Positions 26,093 to 64,000 of a DNA stretch of 64,000 nucleotides are shown here, piece by piece (positions within the stretch are counted from its first letter, which is position 1; every line of letters starts with the position of its first letter). Made by a program: the position numbers and the translations under genes. The stretch lies in NCBI RefSeq assembly GCF_964204645.1, contig NC_134028.1, forward strand, positions 4,154,001 through 4,218,000. The letters are read 5' to 3'. The notes below the pieces were generated by a model. The model saw only the letters and a program-made list of their open reading frames with translations. It did no database searches and had not been told where the DNA came from. This DNA comes from Tubulanus polymorphus (taxonomy: Eukaryota > Animalia > Nemertea).

Positions 26093-29000
26093 ATGGCAGC
26101 CTCCATGAAAATCTGTGAAACCGCCGGTTGTGGAAACGAAGCCAAATTGCAATGCCCAACGTGCATTAAATTACATATTCCAGGTTCATTCTTCTGTAAC
26201 CAGGTATTGCAACTAATTCAATCAAATAATTAGAGTTGTAAATTCGTAACAACATGTTAAATTTTTACTAAAGAAAAGACCCATCTCATTCATTCTCCTC
26301 ACTCAAACGTCGAGGCCCTGCATCCTCGCTTGCCAGGGTTTGATTGCCTCCCACTGAAGCTCGAGTCAACAGAAACCCTGGCTGCAGACCCTTCATAGGT
26401 CTGTAAATCACCCACGATTTCTTGAGCAGATTGCTGCTAAGCGGGCACCCACCAGTCTCTCAGCCAATCAGTGAATCAGATGCATTGTTTTTCCCCTGTC
26501 TGTTTTTCGCTCTATAAGTCTAAATCAATCAATACAGCACAACCGCTTGGCTAGATTATGACCGCTGAATGACAACCTGGCCACCTAAATCTTGGGCGGT
26601 GTAGTAGACCAATGAAGGGTCTGCAGGTAGGGTTTGCATTGGCATGCGCTTCAGCCGGAAGCAATTAAACCCTGGCAAGCAAGGATGAGGCCCTGGTGGG
26701 CTTGCGAACAACCGGTCTGTTTAGTAGTCATTTAGCTGAAATATGAGTGAATGAAGAATACTATATATCTTACAGGAATGTTTCAAAAACAGCTGGAAAG
26801 AACATAAAGCTGTACACGCTAAAGCGAGTAAGTTTAAATACACCCTGATGATTCTCTTTTAACCGTGAACGTTTGTCTATTATTTGAATTTGTTGCATTA
26901 CCGTATAAGCTTTCCTTTTTGACAGAAAATGAAGCGAAGGCAGCCAGCGAAGCATTATCCAACTATAATCCGTGGCCGGGATATCGTTTTACCGGTAAAC
27001 TAAGGCCTTACCCGCAGGTAAAATAAACAGCTAACTAAGTACCGATATTCTATCTATAGTCGAATAGGTCACATTTGGTTTCTATAGACTGTCTGATATA
27101 AATTAAGTGAAACACCCACAATAAGAGGAGAGAATCTGACATTTCGACTCAAATCTATGAGCAATTTTCAAAATCTTTTTTTTTCTAAGATCACATTTTA
27201 TTCAATGAGAATGTTAATTATTTTTTAGACCCCAAAACGATTGGTGCCTGATACAATTCCTCGACCGGATTATGCCGATGATAAAGATGGTAAGAGTAGA
27301 TTTCACTACTTCACTCATTTCTAGAATTTGTTACTGTCTTTTGTGTTTTAATCTGATGTACGATAAAATCCTTTATCATGAAAATGAGTCAAGTTTTCTT
27401 AATCAAGGAACACTGAATTCCCAGTATAATACAGTATTTCTAAAAATGACTATTAGAATATACAGTCAAAGTCCATTATAATGCAACTGTTGGCACCAAT
27501 GGAATACATGGGGTTAAAACAAAATTGGCGTTTTGAAAAATCAATGGTATTTCATCGAGTTTGAGTTAGTTTGGGCAAATTTGTCATCTGAAAATTGTTA
27601 AGCGAGCAATGGCATTAAAAAGGATGGCGTAATGGACTTGGACTCAAGTCGAAACATCGAAATAAACTCCCTAGCTCAAAAAAAAAGTTTTCGCACTCGT
27701 TTTGGGATTTAATCGTAGTTCATCACGATTATCTATGTGTTTGTAGGAATCCCGTATAGTGAACGTGCTCTACGCGGAAACAATAGCATTCAACAATTAG
27801 ACGACGACGACATCGAATCGATGAGAGTTGTTGGGAAGGTCAGTCAGTGCTGCAAGCTTCTAATTCATATCCGCAGATTTGAAATGTTGGGCTAAAATTG
27901 GCTCCGCAGACTTTTACAAAGCGTATTGGAGATTCTGATTGATTTTGATGGATGTATATTTTGTAGCTGGCTCGTGAAATTTTAGATATCGGTGCCGAAG
28001 CTGTCGCTGTAGGGGTTACAACTGATGAAATCGATCGACTTGTTCATGAGGTAAAATACAACAGTGAAATCCGCTTAATTCCAAAAAGCAGCCCTCAGAC
28101 AAAAGATTAGCCTACAATGCTGAACAGTCAGCAAATTCTGCGCGGAAAAAAGTTTCCTGAAAAATATCTGAAAAAGTTGATGACCTCTAAGCTTATCCGA
28201 TGATGGTGATGTTTTAGACATATCTCTTCAACTCGATGAATTATGTCAGTCCCAAATGATCCGGGTTCTAATGTAATCGATTTACTCATTGTTCACTTCA
28301 TTTCTTCCTTGTTGCTTTCATCAGCTGCGTGTAAATCAGAATACTTCTACTTTCAGGCTTCTATCGACCGAGAATGTTATCCTTCCCCGTTGAATTACTT
28401 CACGTTTCCGAAATCCTGCTGCACGTAAGCCACAAATCATCTACTGAAAATCAACGCATAATTCGTAGATATTTTCTAGTGAACGCGCATATCTTTTCAG
28501 GTCTATAAACGAAGTGATTTGTCATGGAATTCCCGATCAAAGAAAGCTAGAAGATGGAGATATTCTCAATAGTGAGTTAACCCCGTACAAGTGATAAGTG
28601 GTGTATATGTTTATGTATATTCTCCAATGCTTATTATGGAAATTTTTCGAATATTGTGTTTCAGTTGATGTAACTGCTTATCACAGAGGTTTTCATGGTG
28701 ACCTGAATGAAACTTTGTTCGTCGGAAACGTTGATGAAAAGAGTAGAACTTTAGTCCGCGTAACTTATGAATGTTTAGATCAAGCTATTCAAAATGGTAT
28801 GTCATTATTTCATACTCGTTATTGTCTATATTTTGCTGATTCGATTAAGATTTTACTGCGATGCTTTATTTAAGTGAAACCGGGCGTAAAATATCGAGAA
28901 ATCGGAAATATTATCCAGAAGCATGCTCAATCTCATGGATTTTCAGTAGTTCGTAGTTATTGTGGACATGGAATTCATAGGTAACTTTTTTTTCATAAAA

Positions 29001-29793
29001 TCCAAAACTTCCTCTTACCGATGATTCGTTCTTGTGCTATAATATTGCATTGGAAAATGTTTTTAAGTATCATGTTTTCATTGGTTATTATGAATTGCAG
29101 TTTGTTCCATACAGCACCGAATGTACCTCATTATGCAAGTAAGTAAAATATGAATATCTGAGATTAAGTAAAGTGACTTCACATCCTCCCTGATTTGAAC
29201 CTGATGTCATCGCGAGACTCTGCCATGGGAGGAAACCCTCGATAATTAGCCCCAGTGTACACATACGCAGGCTTAGTCCCACGAAAACGTGCAGCGCCAA
29301 TCAAATTTCCTGAAACAAATTTGCAGATAGTTATGAACTGATTAACTGGGGCTGAAATGAAACGTGATTTATGATGGGTTTATAATGACATCATCACGTA
29401 GCTGTGCACTGCGGACAATCATGCATAGTTTTGTGACGCGGCGAAGTCTCGCGATGACATCAGATTCGAAATCCTGCCGAAGAAGGACTTCATCATCCGA
29501 CATTTTATACATGTGAGAAATGTTCAAGTAACATGTTACACACGTCGTTTCTATTATTCTTCACAGAGAACAAGGCCATCGGAATAATGAAACCCGGCCA
29601 CACATTTACGATAGAACCGATGATATCGGAAGGAAGTTGGCGCGATGATACGTGGCCCGATAGTTGGACGGCGGTCACGCAAGACGGAAAACGATCGGCT
29701 CAGTTCGAACACACGTTACTAGTCACAGATACCGGTTGTGATATACTAACTGCTCGTCGACACAAAGGTGGACAACCTTTTTTCATGGATTAA
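26093..29793 (+). CDS. METAP1: Methionine aminopeptidase 1, 12 exons
   Basis: N-terminal zinc finger (CETAGC...LQCPTC...[18 protein letters not shown]), [40 protein letters not shown]. Approximate exons 26093-26203, 26776-26827, 26926-27017, 27229-27289, 27747-27838, 27967-28050, 28357-28424, 28501-28571, 28665-28796, 28875-28980, 29101-29138, 29567-29793. Confidence 0.96.
26321..26687. mobile_element. MITE (hAT-like) with long TIRs and 8-bp TSD in METAP1 intron 1
   Basis: Roughly 80-bp imperfect TIR: CATCCTCGCTTGCCAGGGTTT...CTGCAGACCCTTCAT versus ATGAAGGGTCTGCAG...AAACCCTGGCAAGCAAGGATG. Perfect TSD AGGCCCTG at 26313-26320 and 26688-26695. Confidence 0.85.
27463..27645. mobile_element. pogo/Tigger-like MITE in a METAP1 intron
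   Basis: Inverted termini TA-CAGTCAAAGTCCATTA ... TAATGGACTTGGACT. Confidence 0.5.
29193..29472. mobile_element. MITE in the last METAP1 intron
   Basis: TIR ATTTGAACCTGATGTCATCGCGAGACT versus AGTCTCGCGATGACATCAGATTCGAAAT; CCTG flanks both ends. Confidence 0.7.
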
Positions 29794-32024
29794 AACATTC
29801 AGTGGAATCTAAAATAGATTTCGTTTCTATCATAGTGCATGGAATGAGTTGCATGATGTTGGCTGAATAGTTTGAGTTGTTGAGGATGAATCTTTGCTAG
29901 TTCTCAATACGTCGAGTCAATTTATAAGCGTTTGTTGAAGCGTGTAGTTCATTTTACACGTATTTAAAATGCTAACATTTTTTGACCGCATCGAACAATA
30001 GAATGAATCTAGCAGATTCGCCTTGTATTTTTTCTGCTTTCTGAACCCGGCTGGATTTTATGGCCAGCATATTTCTGGTCAGTGTCAAATCATTTGCTTC
30101 ATTTCTCGTGCATGAAAAAGTTCAGTGCTATGTATTTCAGGACTTTACATGGTATGTAAAAGTAATAATTCAATCTGATATTTATAGTTTTGAAATATGT
30201 TATTGTATCATGCGTATGAATCTAATAAAAATATTTTATATCGACTGAAATTTTAATCTTCTCTTTTGTGTTTTTCTCTGGTTTGAAGTCACATCTTGAT
30301 AGGAACAACTCTTCATCATCATTTTTAATCATCTTTCAGTGACTAAAATGATCTATGTACTGTAAATAATATTGAAATCTATTAAATTAATTGATAAATC
30401 TATTACACCTGGATTCGAAGGATGCTGGCCAGATGAATGAAAATCAGCCCAAAATGTGAGAGATTCTAAACAAGATCATGAGATTCATCTACCGTACATG
30501 TTAGTGCATGAATTTGCATGAGCATAGTGGCAGTACTGTCTACGTTCTTTGCTGCTTTCACATCAGTCAAATCGTCCTACCTTCCCACTGAAAAGTGCAC
30601 CACCAGTAAACATCCACTCATAAAAGATCGGTTTATTTTTAAAAAATTTTATCGTTTTATTGAAAATTATTTTCACAAATTTTTTTCTTGTGTGTGAATT
30701 ACAGTTTTGTCATCTTCAGAAATAATAATAATAATAATATCGTTGCATACAATGTGAAACAATGGCAAGTGAAATACATCATTCACATGATTCTAGTATT
30801 TATCATTAACTAACTGTACAATATATCGTAATACATCATTTTCTGGTTGTCTTACTTTGTAGAAACCCTAACTAAAATCGGTAATGAGATTACTAAGGTA
30901 GAATTCCGTACGTACATATTAAGAACATTTTCTGCATAAGCAATTGAGATCCGAGACCTCGTAATGCACATGTGCATTATGTATTAGAGATTACAAATTG
31001 GTGGATTTATGCGCCCTGCCCATAAATGTTATGTTCAAGTGATGATTTTGTCTAATTTACCAGGTACTATCAAAATGAAGAGCATAAGTAAAGTTATTAC
31101 TGTAAATAATGTTGAAATGATTAATCAATTACTATGATATTATGATTCGAAAAGTATTCTATCTAACTTTCGCCATATGAATGAAAATCAGGCCAGGATA
31201 TGAGTGAGATTCTTTACAAGAATTTGAGATTCAGTAAAATGTATAGTGATTGGAAATTCGTAAATATGTTGAATTTTGGGTTCTTCCATTGCTAAAGAAC
31301 AATTTCGAATGTCCTAACAATTTGGTCGCATAGAATGAAAACAATGATAATGACAACTTAAAAAGTGCAAGCAATGAGCACAATGCATAGTAATAACAGA
31401 AAACACCAAGACATACTTCAAGAAGCACCAATCGCAAACGATAAGTAAGTTAAAATCAGGTAAAATGAAAGTCGATCATAAAATCATAGCAGGCAATGAA
31501 TTGGAAGATATTAATAGTAAAATCAAAACTGTTTGCAAGGACCCCCAGAAGCAAGTTTACTCTGAAAGCCCTCAAACAACTCAGGCACCAATAACAAAGT
31601 TTCTTCAAAATGAATTAACAGGCGTCAGCTACTCTGTTGTGTGGTTACAAGATATAACACAAAACAAGTGTAAAAATGAGTAAAAAATTGATGACATAAC
31701 ATAGCAATATACAATATATAATTATGAAGGTTTGTTCGCTAATCTCATGGTTAACAAAATTCTACCGAGGAAGACTTCTCCAAATGATTAATATCTATAA
31801 TGATGTTCATAACATAATCGAACAATGCAGTGAATTACAAACTAATCTCAAATGGAAATAAAAAACCATTAACTGGTCTCCTGAAAATAATCTCAATTCA
31901 AACGGAAGACAATTCGATCCCTAACGAAAACACTTTGGAATCGTAACTCGAGAAAGTATGGCTTCGTAAGGCCTGGATCCAGAATCGTGACTTAGGGAAT
32001 GGTTTTAATTTAAGATTGGTTTCA

Positions 32025-32198
32025 CAGTAGAACCTCGCTACAATGAACTTCACCGGACCAGAAAACCTGCTTGTTATTACCAATAGTTCATTATATCCAG
32101 CATGAAAATATTCAAACTGTCTTACTAGGGAAACAATTTTATATTCTTAATATCCGATGAATGGTTTTATCTGAGTTCGATATAACGAGGTTCCACTG
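32025..32198. mobile_element. Tc1/mariner (pogo/Tigger-like) MITE
   Basis: Termini CAGTAGAACCTCG...CGAGGTTCCACTG followed by TA; related copy at 62127-62273. Confidence 0.7.
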
Positions 32199-34770
32199 TA
32201 TGACTAAAATGAGCTAAGCCCTACGTGATCTCAAATATGAACTATTAACCGGAACCAGGCCCCGGGACTTATTAAGCACCAGCTGAAAGCATACAATTTT
32301 TCTACATAAATTAGAAAAATAACACTCAGATGCTGAAATTGAGTTGCATAAGACTGATTCAAGGCAATTTGAATTCACCATGCCACATAAGTGGATCTAA
32401 ATTGACATATGAGAAACAAATCACTTTGAATTTTACATTGTGACAAAAAAACTCGTAACAAAACATCATAAAGGTATTTTTTGATTAGACAAAACATATT
32501 ATCATTTAACAATACAAGTGTAAATCATTGATAACGAATCAGAAATTACTGGTAAATTACATAATTTTGAAAAAAATGTTTAACTTCTGGTTAATTAAGT
32601 AGATTTGCCAAATATGACAAAAGTAATCTACAGTAACTGATAAGTACAAGGAATATGAAACAGACTCATCCAGTTGTGATGACACTAAATCAATGGATGC
32701 ATGAGGCTCAAAAATAAAATTAGATTTCCCTACTGGATATACGGGAAAAGCTTTTTGAAAATTATTTCATGCATGAAATAATCGACAAATACATGATTTT
32801 AACATTTAAAAAATTGCACCTTGGTAAAATTTCCTTGAAAAAAACATGCGGCGACTAAAAAATCATCTAGATTTTAAAAGGTTTGAAATCCTTAGTTAGA
32901 ACGATAAAAGATTAAATTTTTGACATGATTTTAAAAAACAACGAATAATAATTAAGTTACACGCACCGATATCAATTAACTATATCATGATGCATAATTT
33001 CTAAAAAATGATTTCAAAGTTTACATCAATTTGTGTGATGTTGTGAGGAACAGGGTAGTCGGAGAGGTTCTTCGAAGACCGTTCTATTGGTTCGTCTATA
33101 CATGGATTGGCAAAACTTCAGAAACATCTACGAAGCCGTAAAATTTCATTTCAATTTTTGACACGAACCAGAAACAGCATTCTACTTGATTTATAAATAT
33201 TTTCGACACAATGAGGTAGCAAAATAATCGTTTTAAGTTACAACTCAAATAAAACTAATTGAAATCAATTACTCGTGATTTTCAAAACTAATTGATGAGC
33301 GAAATAAATTAGTTTCAATGGTGAAAAGTGAGAAAAGATATGAACATAGCAACGTGTTATATGTATGTGGCGCCATGATATGATGGCAGGTAGTCCTGAG
33401 ACACTAAAAATACATTCTATTTACAATATATTATCGACAAAATGAATACTAAAAAAAATCTATGTACAGAAGTGCATGATTCACACAGAATTCTAGTATT
33501 GTGTTATTGTGTGCTAAGACTCCAAAAAAGCCACCAATAACTGAAACCAAGCGGTGAAATGAAAGTGGATGATTCTTGGTGATATTCAAGCCTTATGCAG
33601 TTTCTCCGGTGGTTTTTCAAGTGCTGCTAAATCTTTTCAAATTGGAAGCTTAAGTAGAGTCACTTCTCACTTCCTCGTTTTCAAATTTTTTCATCCATTA
33701 TCGCATTCGGTGAACACCTTTCAATAGGTTCAAAACTCGGTTTCAAATTCATTCCCAAGCCAGCCGCAGCTGTTTGTCGATATCCGAAACCTCGCACAAA
33801 AACTAATTCCATTCAATTTTCAAAGTCTGATATAAGATCTTAAACATATGGGGCATAAACAACTGAAATTCTATACTGCTTTTAAAATAAACTATTATAG
33901 ATTTTCTGACTGTGGTACTATTACATGTATGGATTTTTAAGTCCCTAGTTCCGCAGTTGTGAGTTCACTAACTTCTAGTCAAGTTTAAGTAATATTCTAT
34001 CATTTTTGACTTACTCATCAAGGTGGAACTAGACCCTAAACATGCACTGCAAAATAATCATATTATCATGTAGCATGATGACAATTCTGTATATCTATGT
34101 ACAGCTGGTCTATTAAAATGTTTATTTACATAATATGATTAATTATAAAATGATATCTTTATTTACAGTCAGTGTAAAAAAGTTACTGTTATTCAAAGTT
34201 AACTTCACGATGATAGAAAACATAGTATCTAATATGCATGTATTGTGTGTTTGAAATCTGCCTTTTTGCCCGAATATCAAAATAACATAGCGGGGGTTAA
34301 AGAGCTACGTAATCTGTTCGCTCTACCGGTAACTCTGAGACTGACCCAGTTGGTCGGGAAAAGCCAGACCAGCAAACTCGACATTAATTATTCGTTTGTT
34401 TCGTTCGTTTTCTTAACACGCCGACAGATCCATGGATTTTAAGCGATGAGAGGTTTTTTTGTGACGGTTTTCAAAGAAAAACAAACTGTGATATGTTACA
34501 TACGCGATTAAAAAAACGCCTCCAATTTCAGCTCAAACTGCTCATAATCGGTGGCAGAGTTTCCGGTCAGTATTTGCGCTTCGCTGACTTGACGATAATT
34601 CCTGAACTGGCACGGCCATTAGAAATGAAATTCAAAGCACATCCGCGCTGATCAGGCCGAGTGGCTGAATGAGCTGCATTTTATGAACGATCTCGTGATG
34701 TTTTAATAGCACCATAACGCAACAGTGGTTCCACAGCGGTCACTCTCAAGCGGTGACCGACGCACGTGTC

Positions 34771-63852
<29,082 letters not shown>

Positions 63853-63900
63853 TTTTCATTTTACACTGACCAATTATGACGTCACTAATTGGATGTTCCG
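63853..63900 (-). promoter_or_regulatory. BMPR1 proximal element: CRE palindrome flanked by inverted TAATTGG/CCAATTA
   Basis: CCAATTA-TGACGTCA-C-TAATTGG at 63870-63892, 17 bp upstream of the ATG. Confidence 0.55.
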
Positions 63901-64000
63901 TTCTTCTCCCGCTAGGAATCAACACATGCGCGCTGAGAGGATGACACCCGCAAGTCTACCATAAACGAGCGTTCATTCGTTGCGTTTATTGTATTATCAG

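Overview
Eukaryotic (animal) genomic DNA, AT-rich, with many short GT-AG introns; probably an invertebrate (inferred, not identified). No prokaryotic features and no CRISPR array. Six protein-coding genes can be reconstructed by hand: an intronless SOCS2/CISH-type gene (minus), STOML1 (plus), SGPL1 (plus), a TMEM243-like gene (minus), METAP1 (plus) and a complete 11-exon BMP type I receptor of the ALK3/6 class (minus, about 29 kb). Introns and intergenic DNA carry MITEs, a tRNA-derived SINE and several tandem repeats. Most notable observations: (1) at least 22 STAT5-type GAS sites (TTCYNRGAA) in the first 15 kb around the SOCS gene, against about 6 noticed in the other 49 kb; (2) TMEM243 and METAP1 start codons only 75 bp apart, head to head, each in a TISU/YY1-like context; (3) a fold-back element with two inverted hammerhead-like cores in a BMPR1 intron; (4) CAGGG-ended MITEs with apparent 6-bp target duplications; (5) a degenerate BC-box in the SOCS protein. 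I cannot support a claim of a wholly new biological system. All coordinates and counts were made by eye and need computational confirmation.
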